Source: Lophium mytilinum (taxonomy: Eukaryota). Taken from it: a DNA stretch of 64,000 nt. Made by a program: the position numbers and the translations under genes. Shown piece after piece: positions 24,903 to 35,809 of this stretch (position 1 is the stretch's first letter; each line of letters opens with the position of its first letter). Where the stretch lies: contig MU004184.1 of assembly GCA_010093605.1 (NCBI GenBank), forward strand, positions 126,179 through 190,178, read 5' to 3'. A model generated the notes under the pieces. It was not told the DNA's origin, did no database searches, and was given only the letters and a program-made list of their open reading frames with translations.

Positions 24903-25109
24903 ATGTCCAACTCCGCAATCCCGGTCGTCGAGCTGACCCCGGAGACCGACTACGACGCGGACGAGATGTTGTACTGGGAGGAGGCGGTGATCGCGGAGGG
25001 GCTCCCCTGGGAGGCGGAGGAGGAGGAGAAGGCGGAGGCGGAGGGAGAGGCGGAGGTGGAGGGGAAGAGCGAGGGGTCGGCGGAGATGGAGCTGGAGAGC
25101 GAGTGGTAA
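24903..25109 (+). CDS. Small, very acidic orphan protein (68 aa)
   Basis: TATATAAA at ~24705, a CA-rich leader, CACAATG start and GC3-rich codons. An intron-like GTAAGT..GCTGAC..CAG overlaps the stop codon. Confidence 0.55.
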   Translation: MSNSAIPVVELTPETDYDADEMLYWEEAVIAEGLPWEAEEEEKAEAEGEAEVEGKSEGSAEMELESEW

Positions 25110-25454
25110 GTGACTGTCCTGTGAAATGGGTGAATGGCTGCTGACTTTTGACAGAGGGGTGACGCTGTCGGGGGTGGGCGGGGGAGCATCCCAGGGATTT
25201 GAAGTGGTTGCATTGCCTGCGAGCCTCGATCAACGGCGGTAGTGTGTCCTAGTAGCGCTCTAGCGAACGGGGGCTACCGTCGCGGGGCTCAAAGGCAATG
25301 TAGTCACGGAAGTCCCTGGTGGTGCTCCCTTGGGAGGTAGGGTTTGGCGGAGTGATGCCGGCGTGGGGGGGTGCCTGGCTCGGTAGCGGGAGGGGAGAGG
25401 AGATGCTGTGCCTGCGCGGCCGAGAATTGAGCCTGTTCCAATCTGCATAAGAGA

Positions 25455-27850
25455 ATTGACTTGCTGCTGCGTGAAGTGCCTTGTGATATGGTCGGAGAGG
25501 AGAAGTAGATGTAATGTTCTTGACAACGAGTATTGGAACTGTCCAATGACTGCAGAGATCTTATCTTGCCGCTGTATGAGGTGCCTTGCCTTGTAATCAG
25601 GAAACAAAGGAGGATGTAAGGATCTTAACAGCGTGAATGAGCACTATGTCGAATTTCTCTCTGTAGAGTTTTCTTGCCGCTGTTTGAGGTGCCTTGCAAT
25701 AGGATTGAAAATGAAATAAGATGTGATTATCTGGATAGCGAGTATTGGAGCAACTTCGAAAGCCTGTAGGGACCTCATCTTGCCACTGCATGAGGTGCCC
25801 TGTAGTAGAGTTGAAAAGACAATGAGATGTTATGTTCTGGATAACGTATATTGGAACACGTCCAGGCAAATGTAAAGAGTCTATCATGCCACCGCATGAG
25901 GTGTCCTGCCTGACGTTGATGAATCTAGATATGATGCAACTATTTCAAGATGGGGAATGAGAACGTAGTCAAATCACCTTGGAGTCATCTTGTCGCTGTT
26001 TGGGGTGCCTTGCAGAGAAGCCAAGAAGCATAGAAAACCCGAACGAAATGTAATGTTTTTGAGGGCGCGAATAAGAACGCGATCAAACCTTTCGTAATCC
26101 GCACATCACACCGCCGCGTGAGGACCCTTGTCATGAGATCTCCAATGTACTCAGGATGTAATCCTTTCTAGCACCTGGATGAGAGTAGGTCCGGTCCTAT
26201 ATTGAACCTGGCTTCGGACTATTTGAGGTGTCCTGCCATGGTATCATGAATCGGAGTGGCATGTCAAGTGCGTGAGACTGTGAAAAAGAGCAGCTTCACT
26301 TTAGCTGCATTTCGCTCTATAAATTGTAAGCCTCTACTCCTAGCCTTAGATGGAGCAACTGGATCAGCAGATCTGTACCCTTTTTTGCAGCTGTTTGAGG
26401 TGTCCTGCTGTGGTGACATGAATCAATACCTGATGTCAAAGTTCGGAGGGCGTGAAAGAGAGCGACTTCAGTTCAACGGCGATTAGCTTTGCAAACCGCA
26501 TCTCCACGCTCGTTGGCGGGAGATTCAGCGCCTGTATCAGCTTCTTTTGGGGCATTCTTGCCGCTGTTTAAGGTTTCCTGTCGTGGTGGTGCGAATCGAG
26601 GTCTGATCTCAAAGTTTAGAGCGCGCGAAATAAAGCCAGTTCAATTTGTTTGCGATCAGGTCTTGAAATAGCAACCCTATGCTCGTCGGCACGGCATGCA
26701 GCACCAGAATAAGAGATAGGTGCACTGCTTTGCAACCGTTTGAGGAGCCTGAGCCCGGCATTGGAAAAGAGGACGAGATGTCGAGTTCTACGCGATGTAA
26801 ATGAGAATAACTCCAAATCTTTTGTGATAACTCAACTAAATCGTAAGTTTGTCCCACATCCCATCAGAATCAGCATTTAGATGAATGCACAATAGATATA
26901 GCTTGCGACTGTATGAGGTACCTTGACACGGTGATAGAAAGAGAGGTGTGATGTAAAGTTTTCGAGAACGTAATCGAGAAGTGAGCCACAACTCACTCAC
27001 TAATTTACCTTAAAGCACGGCTGTATCCTCGGACTTGTAGTTCACGGTATCTAGATAAACGATGAACGCACTGGCTTGCAACCGTCTGAGGCGCCCGGTC
27101 ATGCTCCTGGGTTTCGAGATGAGATGTCACGTTCTCGCCAACGTGAGTGACATGAGGTTCGAAGCTTTTGCGTTCAGTCACCTCAATCGCAACCGCATTG
27201 GAGATACCGCGGTTTCTAGCGTGTAGAAAAATAGATGCAGACATTGGGTTGCCGCTGCATGAGGGGCCTCGTCGATGGACTGGACACGAGGATGGGATGT
27301 AACGGCTCGGAGGACGTGAGCGAGACCGCGTCCAAATCGCTTGTACTAAATCACCGCAATCGCAACAGTGCCGTCCTTGTTATGACCTTTACTGTGTTAG
27401 TAAAGGAATAGATGCAACGAGATGCCGCTGTATGGGGTGCCTCGTCAGCTGATTAGAAACGAAATATAAATGTATATCTGTAGAGCGCGTAAATGAGACC
27501 TGCTCTAGATTTCTTGCCCAAACTCACGATGATCGCACCAGCATTGTTCATCTCAGGATCCGTAGTGTCTGGGTAAGAGGATAGTGGTACGAGCTTACCG
27601 TCGCAAGAGGTGCCCCGTCACATGACCGGGGACGGGAATCGGATGGAAAAACTCAGACAACGAGGATGAGAGCAGGCTTAATGCGCTGCGCTATCACATC
27701 GCAAGCGCGCCTATGTCTTTCATGTGATGGCATCCAGCGCCGAAGCAAAAGGATGGATACATTATGACGTCGCTGCATGAGGTGGCTCATCACATGATCC
27801 TGACCGAGAAGAGGATGTCAAGTCCTAGAGGACGGTAATGAGCGCGAGTT
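25455..27850. repeat. Degenerate tandem array of 17 copies of motif TTGCCGCTG(T/C)(A/T)TGAGGTGCC(T/C)TG; ~105-bp period, then 172-173-bp period
   Basis: TGAGG-equivalent anchors at 25472, 25577, 25685, 25791, 25897, 26001, 26119, 26224, 26396, 26569, 26741, 26914, 27087, 27260, 27433, 27606 and 27778. Confidence 0.85.
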
Positions 27851-27937
27851 CAAAAGGTTTTCATTCATACATCTGAGCCATAACTACATTCCTGGTCGCA
27901 CCCCGCATTCCTCTCGTGAGCTTCCATCCTCATCCAC

Positions 27938-28395
27938 CATGGCTCATCCGGTCCGACATCAGATTCTCGACGTTCCACTCGGCCTGCCACGAATCGTCAC
28001 CTCGCTGATGTGAAGCGCCGCATCTCCTCTTCGATTTTTCGAGCATGCTCCGACACCCTAGTAGTGTGACAGATGGCCCTTGCTGCCCACATGGGTGAGT
28101 AGGTGGGAGCCATCGCTGAAGTTCGGCTTTTTGGGGCAAATGTTGCAATGCAAGGGAATGATGCGCCGACCCAAGACACGCCGCACACCATTCTGCGCCG
28201 TTGCAGACCCCCTACATGGTAGTTGATGGCATCCTGGCGAGGCGATTGGAGCGAGAACAGACGGACATGGCTCATCCGGTCCGACATCAGATTCTCGACG
28301 TTCCATTGACCTGCCATAGATAGTTACCTCAGCCCTCCTCTTTGTCGAGCAGCCCCTGGCGATGAGGATGTGGGAAACATCGCTGAAGTTCGGTG
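27938..28395. repeat. Direct repeats of 40 bp and 16 bp in a modular region
   Basis: CATGGCTCATCCGGTCCGACATCAGATTCTCGACGTTCCA at 27938 and 28267. CATCGCTGAAGTTCGG at 28111 and 28378. Confidence 0.85.
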
Positions 28396-31300
28396 CAGAT
28401 GTTGCAGTGCAAAGGCACGGTGTGACCGCCGTCTTCTGCAACGTCTAGCTCGCCCAATATACGTCCAATCAAGGCGAGCCGCACACCACTCTGCCCCGCC
28501 GGTGACGGGTATGCTGGCGAGGCAATTGGGAGTGGGATATAGAGGTAGTCGGCAGACAAGATCAGAGAGGTGCAAAGGAGAGTGCTTGGGTGCTGAGAGA
28601 GTGTATGGCGGAGAAGGCAGGCGTGGAGGCCCGTGAAGAAGCCTTGGGGGTGACCCGGAGTCGAATAGAGGGGCTGGTTCTACACAATTCAAACCGGAGT
28701 CGATACCGGAGTCGGTACCAAAATGTGGTGCGCGATGTACAACACGAATGGCAGGAGGAGGTAAGCTGGTGTAGAATCCTGGGTTCTTCGAGCATATGTT
28801 GGAGTGCGAGGGAGTGGTGCCGGGGACGGACATGCTGGCGAGGCAATCGGTTTTTGCCGCTGTCTGACCAGGCAGTCCCGCCAAGCTACCATCTGCCGGA
28901 TCATGACCGAGAGTATCGTACCGTACTCCGAAATGAGTCCGATGGCTGGGTTCCGCCGGCTGATGATGAAATTCAGGAGAATGAAGCAAGGAACAGGCAT
29001 GTTGGCGAGGCAGTTGGGAAACTCTGCCGAAGCACCATGCTGAAAACTGGCTTGTGGCAGCCGAGCGTTCATAGCGATGTTGCATGCTGATTCTCCGATG
29101 CTGGTGACGACAATCACGACACTGCAGAGATGTGAGCAAGGTCTCGACACTGTGAGGGCTTGAAGAAGTCATACCAAGCTCTCCCCTCCCTCAGATTGCG
29201 GAGCAGTGCTTAGATATGGCATACCTTTTGCCGCTCCGGACGTGAAGAGAAGGACATAAAGTGAAAGAAAGACTTGTCCAGGTGAAATGGGACAGGGAAG
29301 GCAGTGATCGGGCTGTTTCGAGGTTGGTCGGCAGCTAGTGCGAGGGTGCGTCTGCGGAGTCTCGTGGGCAGAGATCGACCTCAGCACTGTTTCTCGTAGG
29401 CTTCACTTGACGACTGCAGGTGTATCAGCATCAACGTGGTAGACTTACCCTCCTCCGTGGGGTTCAGAGCGGAGCGTCGTCAGGAAGCTTACCTGTGCGG
29501 CTGACAACATGGTCGGCAGCAATAAACGCTCGATGTTTCGACTGGATACGGATGCTGCAGTGATGCCTGGAGTATGCGGATGGGATAACTCGATAGAATA
29601 GGATGATGGTGATGATGATGGGAAGGGTGGAGTATATAGAGAGTGGAAGCTGGCGTTGAGGTTGGGGATGGCGTGAGAGGTCAGGCGGAGATATGGTTGG
29701 GCTCCTTCTCCGGCAGTGAGGAAGTGACGACTCTACGAGGCGGCCGGCATCGGCGACAAGATAAGGATTTGATGGCAAAGAAGAGCAGTCTGGCAGTTGG
29801 TAGTAGGCAAGGGCGAATTGGACGCATGCAGGCTTCAAGAAGTGAAGCAGAAGAGTCGCTTCAGGTCGTGCATGATGAGCCGTTCAGCATGATGATACTA
29901 GTGATAATCCGATGTGTAAAAGGCCAGTGACTCCGGCAGGTCTTTCAATTAATATACAACTGCTGCATGAAATAGAAGTTTGCACGCTGAGCTTTCAAAA
30001 AGCCTATTCGCGCTGCCGTTCTGCTAATCCCAGTGCTGAAATCTAGGATGAATCAGTCCATGACGTAGCTTTAGCTTCAAGCAAGCTACAAACCAGCCCT
30101 CTTGCTCCCAGCTTCGGTGATAGTACCGATATCTTCACCTATACAGGGTATGGAGGGTAGTATCGCTGTTGTTCCAAGCCAAACCTGAAGTCCCCATTGC
30201 CTCCTCAACAGCGGTGGGACTCTCGAACTTCGTGCAAATGATCGTATCCTCGATGTGCTACGCAAAACTACTCATGAGCATCTACATCCTGACCGCGACT
30301 GAGCTGAGGAAGGCGGAGAGAAACGCTTACCCGTTGAACATCTTGAACATCGTGCCATGGTCGCACGACTAATGCTATGGCTTTTGGTGACCAGTAGATC
30401 AAACACGGATGCAAGGAGCTAGGTCAGTCATAATCCGCTTGCACTTGACCAGCTCTCCCAACGTAGTGTGAAGGGTGGAAAAGGTAGGCCCTAGATATGC
30501 CTCGGAATTCCTAGGGCCAAGACCACTACCGACCTTGCTCTTGGTGTCAAACCTCTCTCCCACCCACTGCCTCCGGTACTCCTGCGCAGCTCCAAGAATA
30601 TTAAAGCCCATCCTTCCTTCTGTTATTCCTCCACATCGTTTGTGATTTTGCTGGCTAGGCCATGTGGGTTCGTGACAAGGTCCTCGAAGCTAGAAAGGTT
30701 CCGTGGTCCGATCCACCAGGCTGTGGAATTCGACCGGCGCTTCCCTCCGAATCTTTATGGAATGTCGTCAGTCGCGTCGACGGGATCGCTGCTCTGATGG
30801 CGACTGTTGTTGGAGGGGGCGGGCAAGATGGTAGATATTCTCTAAAAGTCGATGCCCGTCGACGAGGGCCGTAATTGCGACGAGCTTGCCGATCTGTTTG
30901 AGGAACTCTACGTTAGGGCGACAACCATGAGGATACAACCCTAGCCGTTCCCAGTCAGTGATCTGGAAGGTTCTTCTAATTTGAAGAAGGTCACTCACAA
31001 ATAAAGAGACAGATGGTTGAATCTGGTAGGCAATATCACAGAGTTGAACTTGACAAAATCATTGCAGAGAGCTGCGTCGTCGGGATGCTAGGCAAGACTA
31101 CTTGCAGATATTATCGCGCGTGCTCGTAGGGAACGGAGAAAGGCTGGTATTTCGACCTTGACTCTTGATTGCCTTGGCCATGATGGCTGATGACAATGTC
31201 CAAGATGACCACGCCCCCGATCATTTGTTCTTAAAGAGCGGGAATCCCAGTCGTCCAGTAGCAACCATCTCGTCGGTCTCCGCTCTCTCAACGTGTAAGA

Positions 31301-31653
31301 GGTCATAGAGAGCGTCTATGAGAAGAACATTTAGCAATTGCATAAAGAACTACAGGCCGAACAAAGTGAGGATGGGCGTAGTGTCAGGCTCTTTGGTTTC
31401 CACAAGCTCAGCTAGCTATGCATGGAAAATGCGGTTGGGCGCTTCGGATAGTTCAAGTGATAAAGCTTCAGCATTCGAAGAAGTGGGGTGTGGGATGACG
31501 GGGTGGACATACTTACAGAATACAGGATGAGCTAAGATGTTTTCGGCGGCCAGCGACCTAGTAGATGAGCTCCTGCTCGACGAAGTGGAAACCAGCTCCC
31601 TAAGAAAATAATTCACCACTATCAGAACATGAATCCGACCATGACGTGCAAGC

Positions 31654-31889
31654 TTGCTGCCCACTCTTTGCTTCAGCAGCACCTCCTCAGGCGCGATCGC
31701 AGCCTCCTCTGCCGCCACGGTCTCCAAATCCACCACGTCGAAGAGGAGCACCTTGTCCTCAGGGAGCACTACAACCTCAATCGCAGAAACCGCCTCGAGA
31801 GCCGTCTCTACCATCGCTGTCTCCGAATCCACCTCTACCACCGCTGTCTCCAAATCCAGCTCCTCCGCGTCCGCGACCGCCGCGACCTC
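31654..31889 (-). pseudogene. NOP1: Decayed fragment of the fibrillarin (NOP1) N-terminal GAR/RGG domain
   Basis: GRGGRGRGGAGFGDSGGRGGFGDSDGRDGSRGGFCD*GCSAP*GQGAPLRRGGFGDRGGRGGCDRA*GGAAEAKSGQQ resembles the fungal fibrillarin GAR ending GGAAGAKGGQKV. It is preceded by ACTAACAG (branch point plus 3' splice site). Confidence 0.6.
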
Positions 31890-34039
31890 CTGTTAGTTGA
31901 ATGGACGGTGGCTTTGCCAGACGACATCGAGTTATCCAACCTTGGTATCCCAGGAACAGTGCACCTGAAGGAGAACTCATCCAAACAATCTTCCTTGAGT
32001 ATTCAGCCCGTCCCCTCGCACCATCACTGTTCTGGTTCCGAGCCACTACTCTGGCGGGTTTGTTTCTGCGCTTCCGTGCTCACTGAGAGGCTAAGGGAAA
32101 AAAGGTGATCGAGCTCTCCGGAGCTTCGAAAGGCAGTATGAATGGACTCGTTCGACTCGAAATTGGGCCTGCCAACGTGTTAGCTTATGATGCTGGACAG
32201 GAGGGCCGCTGGGCGAGTTTCCGGCAACGGATTTCAGGTTTGCCGTACACTGGCGCAATGCTGACCTATTCCAACAGGATATAGAGAGTCGAGTCGTCGG
32301 TGCACAAGGCAAGAATGCTGCAAATTGTCAGAGCGCGTAGCCAATAGCTCAATAAAAGGCGTACCTTGTAGAAGGCTTGAAATCTGCTGTAGCTGTGAGT
32401 TCGACGGTGAATGGCCAGGTTCGCCAGCCTCCTCGCCGGCAGCACTCTTGCGAGCCACGGCTGACACTGTCCTGAGGCTTGCGAAGTACCTTATGTTTCT
32501 CATGTAACCTCGCCGCTGCGGCCAACGACGCTCCGAATGCAAAAGTCAGGGACATCGTCAGAGGCCGCGTATCTTCGCCAGCCGCGTTGTTTATCTAAGA
32601 TGCTTGAGCCTGATTGATTCCACGGCTTAGTGCTGTGGCGACGGCCGGAGGAGGTTGAAAGGATCGTATATTAGGCAAGCTGAGCGATTTGGATGTTGAA
32701 CTGCGGAAATCAGCACAACTCCACCGGGATATAAAAGATGAAATAGCAACTCACTGAGGAAAGCCAGATCTGGCGAGTATTCTTCTGGAAAGCCTCAGAG
32801 CGGAGAACTAGCGAGGAGATATGGAATTGCGACGGGGTGCTCTTGCAAATGCATGTCGAGCCCGTTGGTTAGGCATGAAGGGGTCGGTGGTGTCCGAAGA
32901 AGGTTATCCTCGCCGATTGAAGACTTCTTGGAGAAGCAGAGGAAGAGCGCTTCAATAGCAGCTGGCGGTCGTTGCTGTGTTAAACGTGGTGTTGAGGTTG
33001 GAAAAGAGTAGCGGTCGACCCGCGATATCCCATGGTTCAGCTGCCCCGCTACCGACGCCGCCGAGAGCGGCCCCTTCTTTCGGGTTATAGGACGACAAGT
33101 TACTCCACTTTGTGTATGCAACAGAGTACGGAAGGTGAGATGCGTAGGGCAAGGATAGTAACCGTGAGCAGCCTTGGTGGTGGAGAGGATGGGGAGCCCT
33201 AAGCCAAGATGAGGGATAGCCATAGGTAGGAATCGCACCACAGCTTCTTGATAGCCCTATGCTGTTCACTTGCAGACCAGAGGAGCTCTTGCGCCATTCA
33301 CTGCAGACCATGAACTATTGCTACCCTTCTATGCCCAAGTTGCAGGCTTCATGCAGAGGTGGGGGCACCGGACTGGTCCAACTGGGCGTCTCAGCATCCG
33401 CTCTTCCCAATTACAGCGGATTACGTCAGCCCGCCTTTCCTCCTCAAAAGCGTCCAACTTCCTTCTTCTTCTCTTCTTCCTCCACCTCATCAACACCAGC
33501 TTCACTTTTCATCCATCTCAACCCACTACTGAACCATCATCCATTTCATCTCCACTGCAATACCTCCATCTCTGCCTCATCCGTCGACGCTCAAAAGGCT
33601 TCATCACCGCTCTTCCAGGGCGAGTTTCCTTCTCATTGAGCTCCCGAGCCATCCACTCCGCTACCTTCTCTACGTCTTGCATCAAGACTCGCTACATGCC
33701 CATCAGCGTCTGTCCTCTTCATTGGTATGATAGTATCTTCCCCATCATCATTCCTGTCTGCGAGGTTGCTGTCCTCTGCCCGCTCCTCATGGCAGCCTGA
33801 CTCGAAACCAAAGCTGACTAAGCCAGGTCCACCGGCAGTGCTCCGACACCTCAACGACGTCCTTGCAGTTCCTTAGGCAGCGTCAAACATCCGCAGGTAC
33901 GTCTCCAGTCCTGGTTCTCTCTCCGGGTTTTCCATGGCAGCGGCTAACTACCATGAAGGCATCCTTGCAATTCATTCTGGTTTCCTCCTTGCATCCACAA
34001 CAGCACATGGCTCTCGAAAGGGTCATCTGGCCTCGACTC

Positions 34040-34590
34040 ACGGACGACACATCGACCATAGCACCTAGACACCCCCATCTGTCCAGCAGTGCCTCGATCC
34101 GATCGATGTGACGGTTCCGGTCCCTACTATCGCCGGCAGACAAGCGGCTGCTCAAGCCACCGGCAGTGGAAAAGCGGCTACTCAAGCCACCGGCAGTGGA
34201 GAAGCGGCTGCTCAGAATCTCCACCATTTCCTGCTGAACCGTATGGTCCCCAACCAAGAGCACATCGACCACAGCACCTAGATACCCATCTGTCAGGTAG
34301 TGCCTCGATCCGATCGAGGTGACGATTCCGGTCTCTACTATCGCCGGCAGACAGGCGGCTGCTCAAGGTCTCCACCCCTTCCTCACTGAACCAAGTGGTC
34401 CTCACCGACGGCACATCGACCATAGCACCTAGATACCCGTCCGCCATGCAGTGCCTCGATCCGAGCAAGGTGACGATTCCGGTCCCCACTACTGCCGGCA
34501 GACAAGCGGCTGCTCAGAATCTCCACCCATTTCTTGCTGAACCATGTGGTCCTCAACCAAGAGCACATCGACCATAGCGCCTAGATACAT
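34040..34590. repeat. ~151-bp tandem repeat (3.2 copies) with an internal 27-bp sub-repeat expansion in copy 1
   Basis: CATCGACCA(T/C)AGC(A/G)CCTAGA at 34050, 34263, 34414 and 34566. AAGCGGCT(G/A)CTCAAGCCACCGGCAGTGGA repeated within 34142-34215. Confidence 0.9.
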
Positions 34591-35023
34591 TTGTTTGGAT
34601 GGGGGTTTGGGGTGGTCGAAGTGCGCCATCCACCAGTGTTTCATATAGATCGATATCAAAACAACCTCTCAAATCATGCTGTCTCTCTTTTCGTATGTGA
34701 TGTGACTCTTCAATTCAGCTCCGCAACTCCGGTCTATCTATTCCAGCCTCTGATTCTTCTCACGCCCGAGACACCTCTCAACCCCCACCGTCTCGTCTTT
34801 GACATCGACCTCTCCAGATCCTGCCACCCCCAGACTGTCCTCACACCCTCCACCCATTACCGCAGAACCGCCTCTCAATCCTCACCCTCTCCTCCTTGAC
34901 ATCCCCCCCTCCGAATCTCGCCACCCCCGGACTGTCCTCACCCCCACAGCCAGCAGCCGGAAAGCCTCCTCCCAAATCACGCCCTCCCACCCTCTACATT
35001 CCCCTCCCCCAATCTCGCCCCCC

Positions 35024-35809
35024 TCAGACCGCCCTCGCCTGCCCACCCGCCCCAGCAGCGCCCTCCCCATTCTCCCCCAATCTCCGCTGCCGCACGCACC
35101 CCGCCTTCGTTCTCCACACCCCCTCCAGCACACTCGCAACCGGGCAGACTGTTGAAATTAGCACATGATCCCCTATAACCCCAAGAACCCGCAAATGTCC
35201 TTGAAGCAATTGTTCAGGGTGGTACATACTCTCGTTCAGCGTGTAGACGCCGGGTGCCTTCATGAAGGCATTTCCAGCCACGTTGCCGCCAGCGCCGGCC
35301 GCGCGCACGAGCTCGATGACGCTGCGGGGGGTCACCCACGCGAAGAGGTCCTCCAGATCCGGGACGAGGGGGGCGGGCGTGGGCAGGGTGTTGTGGGGGG
35401 TGGGCCCTAGGACGCGGACGGAGAGGGCGGCGAAGTGGTCGTTCTGGGGGTGGGTTAGTTGGATGTTGAGGAAGAAGAAGAGGTTGAGGAAGTTTAGGAA
35501 GTGGAGGATGAGTAGGATAAGAAAGGAGTGGAGGTAGGGTAAGATAGAAAGAAGGGGAGGGAATGGAGGATATGTAGGCAGAAGAGAATATTTAAGAGTT
35601 TGAGGGGTTCTTACCTCCGGCTTGTGCACCTCACAGGCGCGGTAGATGGTGCCACAAGGGCAGCTCAGCATGATGCAGTCCGGGCACGCCGTGAGGTCCC
35701 ACGGGATCACGATGTCCCGGCGCAGGAACACGAAGTCGGCGCGGACAGGGGGGTTGGCGGCGTTGTAGGCGGCGGTGTTGGCGTTGTTGTTGTTGTTGGC
35801 GGCAGACAT
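35024..35809 (-). CDS. Orphan protein (204 aa after splicing) with a Cys/His cluster, exons 35809-35615 and 35443-35024
   Basis: An in-frame 171-nt pyrimidine-rich intron GTAAGA..CTAAC..CAG accounts for the FLILL stretch in the ORF track. Codons are GC3-rich. Motif CPDCIMLSCPCGTIYRACEVH. Confidence 0.6.
   Translation of the reverse strand: MSAANNNNNANTAAYNAANPPVRADFVFLRRDIVIPWDLTACPDCIMLSCPCGTIYRACEVHKPEVRTPQTLKYSLLPTYPPFPPLLSILPYLHSFLILLILHFLNFLNLFFFLNIQLTHPQNDHFAALSVRVLGPTPHNTLPTPAPLVPDLEDLFAWVTPRSVIELVRAAGAGGNVAGNAFMKAPGVYTLNESMYHPEQLLQGHLRVLGVIGDHVLISTVCPVASVLEGVWRTKAGCVRQRRLGENGEGAAGAGGQARAV

Noticed and set aside
25455..27850. CRISPR array interpretation of the regularly spaced motif
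   Set aside because: Eukaryotic context, no cas genes, degenerate repeats, and linkers that are long (80-150 bp) and faintly related to each other.
31416..31853. 145-aa ETAVVEV-repeat ORF
   Set aside because: Alternative frame of the decayed RGG fragment.
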